Below, piece after piece: positions 25,044 to 39,057 of a stretch of 64,000 nt of DNA. The DNA is taken from assembly GCF_001194135.2 (NCBI RefSeq), contig NC_068989.1:73345315-73409314 (forward strand). Direction: 5' to 3'. The notes beneath the pieces were generated by a model, which worked only from the letters and a program-made list of their open reading frames with translations, searched no databases and was not told the origin of the DNA. How positions within the stretch are numbered: the first letter of the stretch is position 1; every line of letters starts with the position of its first letter. The position numbers were made by a program, and so were the translations under genes. The stretch comes from Octopus bimaculoides (lineage: Eukaryota).

Positions 25044-25644
25044 AGATGATGACGATATTGATAAGGATGATAATGACATTTTACTAAATTGATATTTTTA
25101 TTAAACTGAAATTTTTACTGAATTGACAATTCATCAAATTGTCACTTCATTAGGCTGACACTTCACTAAATTGATGTATCGACCAATCAACTTTTCACTA
25201 AATTGATATTTCATTAAATTGACATTGCTTACTGAATACTCTTGGAGTAAAAAATATGAATGATTATCACACAATTTTTATCTTCCTTTTTTTTTTTTTG
25301 TTTGCATTTGATTGTGAATCACAACTAGCCACATCAGTTGGGTACAGGTCTGGACATGACTACCAACAATTATTTAGCATGCTGCAAACACCCCTATCAT
25401 TAGTATTCACCCTCTCTAGTCATTATGATGTGCAGCAGTAACAGTTAGACTATGCTTTGCTAAGGTCTTATAAAACCAAAACATACCTAAAGTAGTTATC
25501 TCTCCATCAAAGACGAAACTCACTTCCTATTACATTCTACTTTGCCACATGAAGATGAAACACTTGGAAGTAACTCTAAAAGATTCATCAAAAAATATTG
25601 GATATTATATATTACATATTTTCATGATACAAATATATATTATT

Positions 25645-26026
25645 TTACTCTTTTAATTATTTCAGTCATTTGACTGCAGCCATGCTGGAGTACTGCATTT
25701 AGTCGAGCAAATCGACCTCAGGACTTATTCTTTGGAAGATTAGTACTTATTCTATTGGTCTATTTTGCCGAACTGCTAAGTTACGGGGATGTAAACACAC
25801 CAGCATCGGTTGTCAAGCGATGTTGGGGGGGACAAACACAGACACACAAACATATACACAAACATACATATATATATACGACAGGCTTCTTTCAGTTTCC
25901 GTCTACCAAATCCACTCACAAGGCTTTGGTCAGACTGAAGCTATAGTAGAAGACACTTGCCCAAGGTGCCACGCAGTGGGAATGAACTCGGAACCAAGTG
26001 GTTGGTAAGCAAGCTACTTACCACAC
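25645..26026 (-). mobile_element. Family B SINE, full length, with internal microsatellite
   Basis: The tRNA-like head is at the right end, followed by the CORE-like caccttgggcaagtgtcttctactatagc, (CA)/(TA) repeats and the tail cagtcaaatgactgaaa. Confidence 0.88.
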
Positions 26027-26029
26027 ATG

Positions 26030-26150
26030 ACTTGTCCAGACTAATGCTACTCTCTCGTCTACACCAGATGTTCGTATCTTCCATAGCTGTCTTCATATCT
26101 TCAACTTGGTATCCAGTGTCTTTCACAAGATGACTGATATATGCTCTTTT
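26030..26150 (-). mobile_element. RTE-type LINE ORF C-terminal remnant
   Basis: Translates to KPKRAYISHLVKDTGYQVEDMKTAMEDTNIW, resembling the GRP..YIDQL..DTG...EDL..AM.DR..W C-terminus of RTE-clade ORFs (recalled consensus). Confidence 0.55.
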
Positions 26151-26863
26151 TGGTTTGCTAATACCAATCCCTGCCTATTTCTGTTGAAGTAAATTCTTCA
26201 GTTTATGAGTTAAATCTAGATTTAACAAAGAAGAAAACAACTGAAATGTTCAAATCCAGACTGGAAATCATACAAAGCAACTGAGGAATTCTACTTATTT
26301 GGAATTTCACGTGAGTTAGTTAAAGTTGAATTGTTGTAACAGGACTATACAACAGAGGTGTTTCTTTTTCCCTTGGGAGAATCGGGATTATTCAGATTAA
26401 AATAGTGACTAAGCATCAACATGAAACAAGCTGAGCCTAGGTTTCTGGATTTCATCCAAAAATATATATTCTTCCATTTAGGCAGCATATAAATTGTATT
26501 GCATTTTCCTTTCATCCGAGATGATTTAATGCTGGTTTATCAAAGAACATACAGTACAATTCACCGTGTCTGTCTGTCTATATGTCTGTCTGTTTGTCCC
26601 TCTTTTCACCTGCTCATCTGTCAAGAACTGTTTAAAGCCTTCGTTGTTTTTCATTTACTTAACAGTAAGTTGAGATATCAGTCTGTGGACTTTGCATGTG
26701 GTTTTTTGTTCAATGCCAATGCTTGGTGCCTTAGGTAAGTGTCTTCTGTCATAGCATTTGTAGGTTGACCTACAAATGCTTTGTCAGTGAAGCCTAACCT
26801 GAAACTGGTTGTGTTTCTCTCTCTGTGTGTGTGTGCGTGTGTGTGTGAGTGTGTGCGTGTGTG

Positions 26864-26911
<48 letters not shown>

Positions 26912-27324
26912 AATCATCATCATCATCATCGTTTAACATCTGCTTTCCATGCTGGCATGGGTTGGACGGTTTTACAGGAGCTGATCAGGCAGAAGACTTA
27001 CACCAGACTTCTGTGTCTGTTTTGACACAGTTTTTATGGCTGGATGCCTTTCCTAACCAACCACCCAGCAGGAGAATCATTTTAACAATTTGTTTCCATG
27101 TAAGATAATATATAAATATGTATGTGTGTGGGTATCTTTCTCTGACATATATTGTCAAAAGATTGTCACACCAGCAAGAAAACAAAGCAGTGTGCTGAGA
27201 CAAAAATACCTAGTGGATTGTTTTTTTTCTCAAGTTGCAAACACACTGAACTCACCATATCCAATATATTTTCATGATATAGCTAACTCTTTTCCAATAT
27301 TTAGATGGCCTCCAGTCCTCCATG

Positions 27325-27720
27325 TTACTCTTTTACTTGTTTCAGTCATTTGACTGTGGCCATGCTAGAGCACCGCATTTAGTTGAGCAAATCGACCCCA
27401 GGACTTATTCTTTGTAAGCCTAGTACTTATTCTATTGGTCTCTTTTGCTGAACTGCTAAGTTGCGGGGGTGTAAACACACCAGCATCGGTTGTCAAGCGA
27501 TGTTGTGGGGACAAACACAGACACACAAACATATACACACACACACATATATATACATATATACGACGGGCTTCTTTCAGTTTCCGTCTACCAAATCCAC
27601 TCACAAGGATTTGGTCGGTCCAAAGCTATAGTAGAAGACACTTGCCCAAGGTGCCATGCAATGGGATGAACCCGGAACCATGTGGTTCGTAAGCAAGCTG
27701 CTTACCACACAACCACCCCT
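27325..27720 (-). mobile_element. Family B SINE, full length
   Basis: Colinear and highly similar to the 25645-26026 copy. Confidence 0.88.
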
Positions 27721-29034
27721 ACACGTATGCTAACTTTTCCTCAGTTATGACTAACATTTTTGCTTTCCAATGCTGTTGATTATTCACCAGTACATGAAGC
27801 TGTTCCTGAAAAAAAAAGAAAGGAAGCATAAGAAAATATTAGAATTTATCCTGAACACCTCGTGTGTGTGTGTGTGTAAATTTTACCAGACAAAAATCAT
27901 TCATTTTTTCTTAGATAAAGTGTCAGTTTCAAAATGTCTCAGACACCTCTTCTCCCATACCATAGGAAGCTATGAAGTTGTAAACTTCCTTTTCTTCAGA
28001 ATATATTATATGTAATATGTTATACAGCAATAAAATTACATAGTTAATGAAATAACGCAGGACACCTGCACAACGGACACCTGCAATTTACACACATGGA
28101 TTTTGTAGGTGTGCATGTTCAAAGCAATGCTACTATTTATATAGTTCTTCACTTCAGATTGAATCAATAGATAGGTTAGGTTATGCACAATCTCAGTAGG
28201 GAAAAGGTGTGAACTCTCTTGCTACGAAAAGGCCCTGAGATAATACTTAGGAAGTTCAAAAGATCACTGATTTATGAATCAAACATAACAGAAAACACAC
28301 ACACATACACACACACAACATATGCATATAGGCAGAAAACACACACTAACACCTGTTTCTCTCTTCCCTCTCTCTCTTCCTTCTCCTCCTCTCTCCCATC
28401 TCTCTTGCTTTCTGACTTTTTCCAATTAACCTTCCTTGTAATAAATAGATAAAAAAAAAAACATTATTCTGATGAGTGTTAGTGATGAGGGCATTGGGTT
28501 GGGTATTCATTGGGGTTATGTTTTCCTTCGCAGAGCTAATGATCAAAGACATTCCAACCATGACCGTCCTGTCTGTCTGCATATCAGCCCCCCCCCCCCG
28601 TCTTAAATAAAAGAATGTTTTATGGTATTTATTCTGACATTACTTTCTAAGTTCAAATTCCACCAAGGTCAACTTTAGCTTTCATTCTTTTAGGGTCAAT
28701 AAAATAAGTACCAGTTGAGCACTGGGGTCAATGTGATTGATTTACTAACCCTCCCCCTCAAATTTCAAGCCCTTGTGCTTGCTTATAGCAGGAAGAATCA
28801 TTTAAGGCAGTTGGGTATGGTGATTTGAGGGGGATACAGGCTGTTATTTCTATCTTGCAGATTGGTTGATCATAAGGAGGTGGTTCATCGGCGTGTTTAG
28901 TAGGTCTTTGGTTGAGGAAGAAAATAGGGGAATCAGAAAGGGGTTATATGGGTCAATGATTTAGAAGGAAAATATTCTTTTACTGTTGTTAAAAACTCAT
29001 TCTAGTCATCCATATTTCATAGATGAGGAGTGGT

Positions 29035-29078
<44 letters not shown>

Positions 29079-30033
29079 NNNNNNNNNNNNNNNNNNNNNN
29101 NNNNNNNNNNNNNNNNNNNNNNNNNNNNNNNNNNNNNNNNNNNNNNNNNNNNNNNNNNNNNNNNNNNNNNNNNNNNNNNNNNNNNNNNNNNNNNNNNNNN
29201 NNNNNNNNNNNNNNNNNNNNNNNNNNNNNNNNNNNNNNNNNNNNNNNNNNNNNNNNNNNNNNNNNNNNNNNNNNNNNNNNNNNNNNNNNNNNNNNNNNNN
29301 NNNNNNNNNNNNNNNNNNNNNNNNNNNNNNNNNNNNNNNNNNNNNNNNNNNNNNNNNNNNNNNNNNNNNNNNNNNNNNNNNNNNNNNNNNNNNNNNNNNN
29401 NNNNNNNNNNNNNNNNNNNNNNNNNNNNNNNNNNNNNNNNNNNNNNNNNNNNNNNNNNNNNNNNNNNNNNNNNNNNNNNNNNNNNNNNNNNNNNNNNNNN
29501 NNNNNNNNNNNNNNNNNNNNNNNNNNNNNNNNNNNNNNNNNNNNNNNNNNNNNNNNNNNNNNNNNNNNNNNNNNCACCAGCACCACTTCAGTTACTAAAA
29601 CTATCATTATCAACACTACCACTACTACTACTACTACTTGCACCAGCATCACCACCACCAGCACCAATACCACCACCACCATTATCTCTGCTCCTATTAT
29701 CATCACTGCTGTCAATCTGTGTAAATAGGAATGAATGACATCACAAGCTTCTAACCTCCCTTGTTACTGCAGATCCTGCCCCCCCCACCATCCACCATGA
29801 TCACCACCTTCATCATCACCAATACTACCATCACTATCATCATCACCTGCTTCATCACCATGTCTTGCTCTAGAGTGGCCATGACCCTTTTATTTATCTG
29901 CATTCAACTCAGAAGGAATTTTTTTCATTTGCTGTCCTAGCTTTTTACCCTGATGGTCACTGTGGCTCAAAGTCAATCAACACTTAACTTTCCAAACATT
30001 TGTACTTGTAACCCTCTGTATACTCTCAGTATT

Positions 30034-30430
30034 GTGGAGGCGCAATGGCCCAGTGGTTACGGCAGCGGACTCGCGGTCATAGGATCGCGGTTTCGATTCC
30101 CAGACCGAGTGTTGTGAGTGTTTATTGAGCGAAAACACCTAAAGCTCCACGAGGCTCCGGCAGGGGATGGTGGCGAACCCTGCTGTACTCTTCCACCACA
30201 ACTTTCTCTCACTCTTACTTCCTCTTTCTGTTGTGCCTGTATTTCAAAGGGGTCAGCCTTGTCCTACACTGTGTCACGCTGAATATCCCCGAGAATTACG
30301 TTAAGGGTACACGTGTCTGTGGAGTGCTCAGCCACTTGCACGTTAATTTCACGAGCAGGCTGTTCCATTGATCGGATCAACTGGGACCCTCGACGTCGTA
30401 AGCGACGGAGTGCCAACAACAACAACAACA
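30034..30430 (+). mobile_element. Family A SINE, full length, with (CAA)n tail
   Basis: A/B boxes are present. The 12-bp TSD is actctcagtatt (30022-30033) / actttcagtatt (30431-30442). Confidence 0.92.
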
Positions 30431-30763
30431 ACTTTCAGTATTAAGAAAGCTTATCAAGTCATACCAAAGCCATGAATAGTCATAGTCACAACGACTGAAA
30501 TCATCATCATTAACGTCTGTTTTTCCATGCCGGCATGGGTTGGATGGCTCGAAAGGAGCTGGCAAGCCAGAGAGGACTGCACCACGCTCCACTGCATCTG
30601 TTTTTGCATTATTTTTATGGCTAGATTCCCGTTCTATAATGTCAGTTACTTACATGGCTGTATGGTTGGAAAGTATTGGGTTTGGTACCTTCAGCAAGCT
30701 GGATTGACCATAGACAGACTTGTGAGAGGCTTTGATTGGCAGATACTGAGAGAAGACCATCAC

Positions 30764-30811
<48 letters not shown>

Positions 30812-31054
30812 AGATTTGCAATTCTTTGTATGATCAAGTTAGCTTTTTCTGTCAACAAATCATCTGGTCACTGGTCACTGGTCACTGGTCACTTTGTGCC
30901 AGTAAAGCCAAGTACAATTAGAGAACCCCCTCACCTGGAAAGCAAGTAAGGGTTAACATTAAGAAAGGTATAAGATAATATCTCAAGTAACATATTCATT
31001 CATTTAACCTGTGCAAGCTTGGAAAAGCAGAAGTAAAATAAATGAATGGTAAAC

Positions 31055-31335
31055 AGAGAGTGAGAGAGGGGGAGAGAAAAAAGAGAGAGAGGAGGAGAGA
31101 AAGGGGAGAGAGAGAGAATAGGAGAGGGAGGGAGAAACAGGGATGAAGAGAGAGGGGGAAAGAGAGAGGAGAGAGAGGGAGAAACAGGGATGGAGAGAGA
31201 GGGGGAAAGAGAGAGAGGGAGAGAAAGGGAGAGGGGAGAGAGAAGGGGAGAGGGAGAGAGAGGAAGAAAGAGAGAGGGGAGAGAGAGGGAGAAAGGGAGA
31301 GAGAGAGAGAGAGGAAGAAAGAGAGAGGGGAGGAT
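31055..31335. repeat. Polypurine (GA)-rich tract
   Basis: Almost purely G/A on the plus strand. Confidence 0.85.
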
Positions 31336-32644
31336 ATTAGACCTCTCTTCCATACTGAGAAAATCTAACCTTTCTTTATGCTTCAGCATACCCATATCCA
31401 TGCAGTAGAAAGAATTCTCTACTGGAAACAATGGTTCCATCTCCATTTATGAAGCAATCATTTATGAAGCAATCATTTATGGTAAAGCTAACTTCAAAGC
31501 ACTTCCAAATGTAAAAACTTAAATTCACATCATGAAAGTAGAATTCCTTTGTCGTCGATACGCAGGGAAGTTAATCATCGACCTCCTTTTATAAAGCAAA
31601 GCAGTTTATTTTACTAAAGTTTACTTTCTTTTATGAAAGCCAATAAATAAACAAATAATGACATGATTAATCTGCCGTATTTAATGACATAAAAGATTCA
31701 CACCCATATTAAATGCACTCCAGTTTCAACTGCTCATATTTGGAAAAAGTATCTCCTAGTGTATTAAAGCAATCTAGGCCCAAATTTGCATATAAGACCC
31801 AAGGAGATTTTTTAAGACTTTCCTAGAAAAAAAATGTCATATGGCATCGAATATATGGTACTTTTCTATGTATTTGATGGTCTCTTTTCTATACTGTACT
31901 GTGTTCTATATAGAGAGTAGCAAACTGGTACTCTGTCTCTCTCTCTCTCTCTCTCTCTCTGTACACCTTCCACCCACACACATATGAACCCCTCTGTTGA
32001 CCAAGTTTGTCCGCATATTTACACATGTTGCCCATGGCAGCATGCCTCTCCTCTCCATATTTATACCCCCAAAACAGGATGTTGGCCAAGGACAGTATGG
32101 CTTTGCACCACTGTCATTACAGATGTTGCTGTTAAGAATGAAAAGAGAACAGAGGCTATAAGGTCTCAACACAAACAGCTCTTCGAAATATATCAACCTT
32201 TTTTTTAATCTTTATTGATCTCAAATGAGCAGAAGGCAAATTTGACTTCAAGAGGATTTAAAATCAGGATCCAGAGTTGGATCAAATGCTATAATTGTCT
32301 AGAGTGCTAGACAGAATACTTAGCATATTTGTTGTGGCTCTTTGCACTGTAAATTCAAATCCAGCTGATATTGGCTTTGGTTTTTGGTCATTTGAGGTGA
32401 TGGTGGATATAAACACACTGTTACGGGGATATAAACACACTGTTACGGGGATATAAACACACTGACATCAGGTGTCAAGCAATGGTTGGGGGACAAACGC
32501 AGACACACAAATACATACATACATACATACATACATATATGAGAATTTAAAATCACTTCTTTAACTTTCTAAGACATCTCAACGCCTCTAAAAGCAAACT
32601 TCGTTTGTTTGTTTACATTTGTCGTAATTTGAATTTATACATAT

Positions 32645-32689
<45 letters not shown>

Positions 32690-34384
32690 GGGCTTCTCTC
32701 AGTTTCCATCTACCAAATCCACTCACAAAGCTTTGGTCAGCCCGAGGCTATAATAGAAGACAATTGCCCAAGGTGCCACACAGTGGAACTGAACCCGTAA
32801 CTATGTGATTGGGAAACAAGCTTCTTACCACACAGCTACTAAAAATGTATGTGTGTATATATGTATATACNNNNNNNNNNNNNNNNNNNNNNNNNNNNNN
32901 NNNNNNNNNNNNNNNNNNNNNNNNNNNNNNNNNNNNNNNNNNNNNNNNNNNNNNNNNNNNNNNNNNNNNNNNNNNNNNNNNNNNNNNNNNNNNNNNNNNN
33001 NNNNNNNNNNNNNNNNTTTTATATGGCGCTGGTTTTACAATCCTCTAAATAATAATAATGGTATTTTTATATAAGCTTAAAGCTTATGGCAATCACCGTG
33101 CAATGACTAAGGAAAATAGTCTAATAAAGGGGCATAAAAGCCCTTGACAGAAAAAAGGCTTTCCTATCTGCGAGAGAGAGAGAGAGGGAGAGAGAGAGGG
33201 AGAGAGAGAGAGATTATGAAGAATATAGAAATATGAAATATTAACATTTTTTGTTTCTTTAGAAAGTATCCAATTTGCTGAATTCCCTATGGAAATCTGA
33301 CATGTTCTTATTCTTCATTCTGGCAACTCCTGCAGCAGCATTGGTGCCTAGCTGTATTAATGCTTGCCTGTTGCAAAGAACAGTATTGTTGCCATGGAGA
33401 GAGGAGGCTTACATGCAAGGACAGCATTGATCTTCCATACAACCTTGCACTTTGGCCTGCTGTCTGGGTAGGCTATTTCAGAGTTCCCTCACCTTGATCT
33501 AACCAAAGAAGAACTGACTGAAGCAATATTTTCTAGGTGTAGTTCTATCATCTCATGAGACATGGAAATGCCATAGATTTTTAGCCAGGCTTATTTTGTG
33601 ACCTTGTTTTATTTAATAATCAAAATTATTTTAAAATTACCAGAATATTTTAGTTCCCTTTAGTGTTATGAAAAATATTTAATTTCATTTGATATTTGCT
33701 ATAACTACGAGAGTAAGATGTAGAGGAGGGGGAAGAGTAGCAGTCAGAGGGATTATTGTGGCATCATTTTTGAAATATTTTGCAATTTCACTATGACTAG
33801 TATTCATTTCTTCAATATTTCATAATTGCACCATTTATATTTTGAGTCAAGCATTGCAGTCTATCTAAATGAACGTGTATGTTAGTGTTGTATGGAGTAC
33901 CAAATATCTAACCAAAATTAAAAAGGTGTGGTGAAGAAAAAAATTTCTTATTACTTGTTAAGTTATATTATTTCAATAACTTTGATTAGATGCCAATCTC
34001 TCTGTCTGGAAGATGGAAGCCAGATTTACGATATATATGCATCCACTACTGGTTGCATACACTTGAGTTTTTGCACACTCCATCTGCCAACAATGCAACT
34101 GTTATGTAATTCTGAGCCCCAAGAAACCTCTGTCAGACCTGAAATACCATGTCCTAGCTCATTAGTTTTCTGTATCTTTTGTACTCCACATAAATTTGTT
34201 CTGTGATTGTATAAATATCTATATGCTTATACATGAATGTTCATCTTCTGAATATTTTCAGTTTTTATTTCACTCTCTCTGTCTTTCTCTCGATATATCC
34301 CTGTATATATTTACAAGTATATATGTATGTATACATAATAAATCAAGCCTAAGCATGTTTATTTGTTTACTTGCATCATTATCC

Positions 34385-34454
<70 letters not shown>

Positions 34455-35945
34455 ATACTCTCAAACACATACACACACAATAGGCTTTCATATACTTTCT
34501 CTCTACCAATTCTACTCACAAGGCATTGGGTGGTCTGAGATTATAGTAGAAGACACATACCAAAGGTGTTGTGCGGTGGGACTGAACCCAAAACTACATG
34601 GTTGTGAAACAAACTTCTTAACCACAAAGCCATGCCTGCACCCACATGTATATCTATGAACCTGTATGTGTGTGTATGTATATGTGACAAGGTATAAATA
34701 CTGTCCATTACATATTTTTCTTTATTAGAGTAAATTTAACCTACAGCTGTTTCCAGTAGTCATTGTAGGTAACTATGTGTATAGTAGGTGACTACTTGAA
34801 TATGGGTTGGATGGTTTGACAAGAGCTGGCAAACCAAAGGGCTGTGCCAAGCTCTGTTGTCTGTTTTAGCATGGATTCTATGGCTTGATGCACTTCCTAT
34901 CTCCAACCACTTTACAGAGTGTACTGGGTGCTTTTTTCATTTCACCAACACCAGCAGGGTTGTGTTTGTCCTCCTACCATCACTTGACAACTGATGTTGG
35001 TGTGTTTACATCACTGTAACTTAGTGGTTTGGAAAAAGAGACTGATAGATTAAGTACCAGGCTTGCAAAGAATATTTCCTGCACTCGATTTGTTTAACTA
35101 AAGGCAGTGCTCCAGCATGGCCACAGTCAAATGACAAACAAATAAAAGAATCAAAGAATATAGAATGGTCATTACTAGAATACCTTACTTTTGATTGAAG
35201 GTTCTCCAAGTCCATGTTGAAATAAGGCCAAAATACTACAACAACAACAACAAAAGTTCACTGACTGACTGACTAACTACATGCCATAAGTCGGCTCAAT
35301 CAGGACTGACCTGGGGCTAAACTATAAAAATAACAGCATTCCAAGTTGAAATAAATCCTGTTTTCTACCCCCACCACCTGTATTTGTATAAGAGTTGGCA
35401 AGATTTAGCATGACAATGATGTGAAGCTAAACAAAAAACAACAACAACAACATCGACAACTGCAGCAAACCTGAGGAGAAGTTCAATATGGTCATTTGAT
35501 TTGCCAGAAATGGCAGCTAAATCTCCAGTAAGTTGCATCTTACCACCTTTGAAAAAGGACTCTTTAAATAATTATGTAATGGTAAAATCCTTGATAAATA
35601 AGATAAGATTGTTACAACTAAGATTACCTTTGATCCCAGGTCTACTTGATCTGCTGATTTAGGGGCTAAACAACATTCAATAATAACAACAACAACAACA
35701 GCTGCTACTGGTGTTGCTGCTTCTACCACCACCACTCAAGTTTCCTAGGGTTATGAGATCAGCAGCCAAGCTGTTAAGATTACTATTCTCCTCTTTAGGC
35801 TTAATGTATGTGTTGGTGTTCATTCAGGTATTGAAGCAAAACTACCTTCACAACAGGTCAATGACTTTTCTTTTTTTCTTCTTTTTTTATCTGTGTTTTC
35901 TTTTACATATGTATATGTATGTGTATATATGTATATATATATATG

Positions 35946-36030
<85 letters not shown>

Positions 36031-36255
36031 NNNNNNNNNNNNNNNNNNNNNNNNNNNNNNNNNNNNNNNNNNNNNNNNNNNNNNNNNNNNNNNNNNNNNN
36101 NNNNNNNNNNNNNNNNNNNNNNNNNNNNNNNNNNNNNNNNNNNNNNNNNNNNNNNNNNNNNNNNNNNNNNNNNNNNNNNNNNNNNNNNNNNNCACTGGAA
36201 AATAATATTATTGTATTGTAATAATAATAATATATATATATTGTATTGTAATAAT

Positions 36256-36298
<43 letters not shown>

Positions 36299-36788
36299 AT
36301 AAAAGTGAAACATGGCTGCTTACATATTTTTTAATTTATTTTTAATTTTCTTTTAGATGGTTAGGTAATCTGAAGCAATCTGTGTCACATGCTTTATTCA
36401 GGTGTCCAATATATTGTGACTAATGTTAGCAACATGTCTACATACACTGAATAAATGTTATCTCAGATACTTTGTGTGTCTGGATGCAAAAAAAAAAAAC
36501 CAAAAAAAAAAAAAAAGAAAAAAAAACAATCAAACAACAACAACAACAAAACACTTGCCATATGACTATGGCTGGGAATGCGTGTTTGCTCATAAGTCTC
36601 CTCCAGCAGAACCCCAAAACAAACAACAACAGCAGCAGCAGCGGATATTCTTGACTGTCCTTCTTATCAACCTGAATTGCATACTGATGTATCAGTATCT
36701 CTTAAGATGGTGTGTGCATGCATGCATGTCTGTGAGCATGTGTATGCATGTGAGCATGCATATGTGTATGTATAAGCATGTGTACGCA

Positions 36789-37009
36789 TACAAGGGTGTG
36801 CTGAAAAGTTCCTGGTTTTGGGTAAAAGAAAATACAGGAGGATCAGTTAAATATGATTTTATTCACCATATTCCCTTCTCAGATTCACACATTTATTGCA
36901 GTGGTCCTTCAGTTTTTCTAATCCCTATAAAAGAACTCAGAAGGTTAGGCCTCCAACCAGTCCTTTCATGATGCCCTTAGAGCCAGGAACTTTTCAGCAC
37001 CCCATTGTA
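36789..37009. mobile_element. Tc1/mariner-like MITE
   Basis: TIRs TA-caagggtgtgctgaaaagttcctgg / ccaggaacttttcagcaccccattg-TA with TA flanks. Confidence 0.85.
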
Positions 37010-37562
37010 TGTGTATTCATGTGTGTGAGTGTGTGTATGCATGTACGTGTTGGTATGCATGTATGCATGAGTCATGTGTGTTTGTTGGTGTATGTGTGTA
37101 TGAGTTCTCAGAAGGAAGTGAGTAGCTCCTTAACCTGATGCTTGTACTGTGGTCCAAGCTGCTTCATTTCTGCCACTAAACTGCCTTTGAGAAAAGCATG
37201 GCTGAGTCTATATTTCATTGATGATGCTGTAATAAGACTGAAACATTTTCCCTGCTTGCCAAAATAATCAAAGTATTATTAATCAATGACTTACCTTTTT
37301 GTCATTTACTTGTTTAAAGTCATTAGACTGCACCCATGCTGGGGCACTACCTTGAAAATTTTTTAGTCAAATGATGTACTTATTAAAATGTTTTTATCTT
37401 AAGTATGGTACTTAATAAAGTAGTTATTTAAATTTTTTTGTCGGAGGTATGGTACTTATTCTATTGGTCTCTTGCTAAACTGCTAAGTTAGGGGATATAA
37501 ACACAACAACACTAATTGTTAGACATTGGTGGAGGACATTTTTAGACACAAAGATGCGCGTG

Positions 37563-37600
<38 letters not shown>

Positions 37601-39057
37601 TAAACCAAATTAAGTAATTGACTAGCACTTTACTTCTATCAACCCTGGAAGAAACTCTGGAAAGATTTGAACTTAAAAGCATATAAAGTGATGTACGTAC
37701 TGTGTAATATCAATGCAGCCATTATACTGCCATGCTTCACTCTTTCAATGCTTTCAATAATAAACCAGTTTGAGGAATGACTTGAGTTCCTTCTCTACAT
37801 AATACAAGGGTAAACTTTATTTTCATTGTTGTTATTATCCAGGGAATGTAGATTCATTCTTCCTTGGCAGTAATTCACAGTTGTTTTTGTTCTGATTTTA
37901 TATCCTGTTTGTTTAAGCAACTATTCTCATTTCATACTCTCTCTCTCTCATTCTCACTCCTTCTCTCTCTCTCATTCTTACTCCTTCTCTCTCATATACA
38001 AAACTATGTATAAACATAGATAAAAATATACACATAAACACACTTTATTTTTCTTTGGGGGTGATGGAAAGAATTTGCTTTGACCAGTTTCTTTAGATTT
38101 GCGTTTAATCAAATTGTCAATCATCAGAGAAGAACCCCCTTAACTACCCCCATTCACATTTATCTTGTTTCATGGAAAACAAAAACCTAAGACTGATTCC
38201 CCTCCTTGTTCTTAACACATTCTTTCGTCATAACTGTACAAGCTCTCCTCCTCCCCCAACCATCTCAAAAAACATAGCCCCTGCTGTGTTTTTATCTAAT
38301 TAACAATATAGATGTATTTTTGTTGATTTTTCTCTTAGTAACCTTCATATCCTTGTGATGATCATAAAGAATTTAGGATGAATGTTGGTGTGTGTGCAGG
38401 TGTGAATATGTATGAAGGTGTATACATATGTATGAATACATGTTGCTCTTTCTCTATTCTATATTATATAACAAATTTCAAAATACTGTATGCAGTCAGC
38501 TGTACTCTGAACTTATTTGGGGGATTATTAGTACCCAAATTACTATATAATTACTTGAAATCACTGTATTTTGCATAGATTGCCATAAAAAGTTGCTGGT
38601 AGTTTACTCAGCATTGCTACATTTGAACACTGTGGGGGAGAATACAAGTTAAGCATCATAAATCATTAAAATGCAAATGATCAAATGAACAGACACAATC
38701 TGTAGAGAGGACTCCTTAGTCTTGCTGGAGACAGGGACAAGATGTCTGCTTCAGTGTTAGTGCTGTGATAAGATGCACGCAGTACACTCTGTAAAGTGTT
38801 TGGTATTTGGAAATGCATTCAGCCATAGATGCCATGCAAAAAATGGGATGCATGTGTGAGATATGGTTTTTGACTTGTTCAGGAGAGCAGTAGCTTCAAA
38901 TAAGAACTGAATTAGTTTATTACTACCTGGCAAACTTATGCCACTGAGGAAATTAAAATAAAGAACAAGAAAGTAATGCAATCACTTTTATGAATTAAAA
39001 GAATAATTTTGAAATACACTTATAATATGGCCGATGCCATTGTCACATGTTGTGTGT

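Noticed and set aside
26209-26226. Perfect 18-bp palindrome gttaaatctagatttaac
   Set aside because: A rough estimate gives about one such palindrome by chance in 64 kb of AT-rich DNA.
33300-33600. Possible mariner transposase remnant on the minus strand
   Set aside because: Only vague similarity (RPKCKVVWKI), with no TIRs or catalytic motif.
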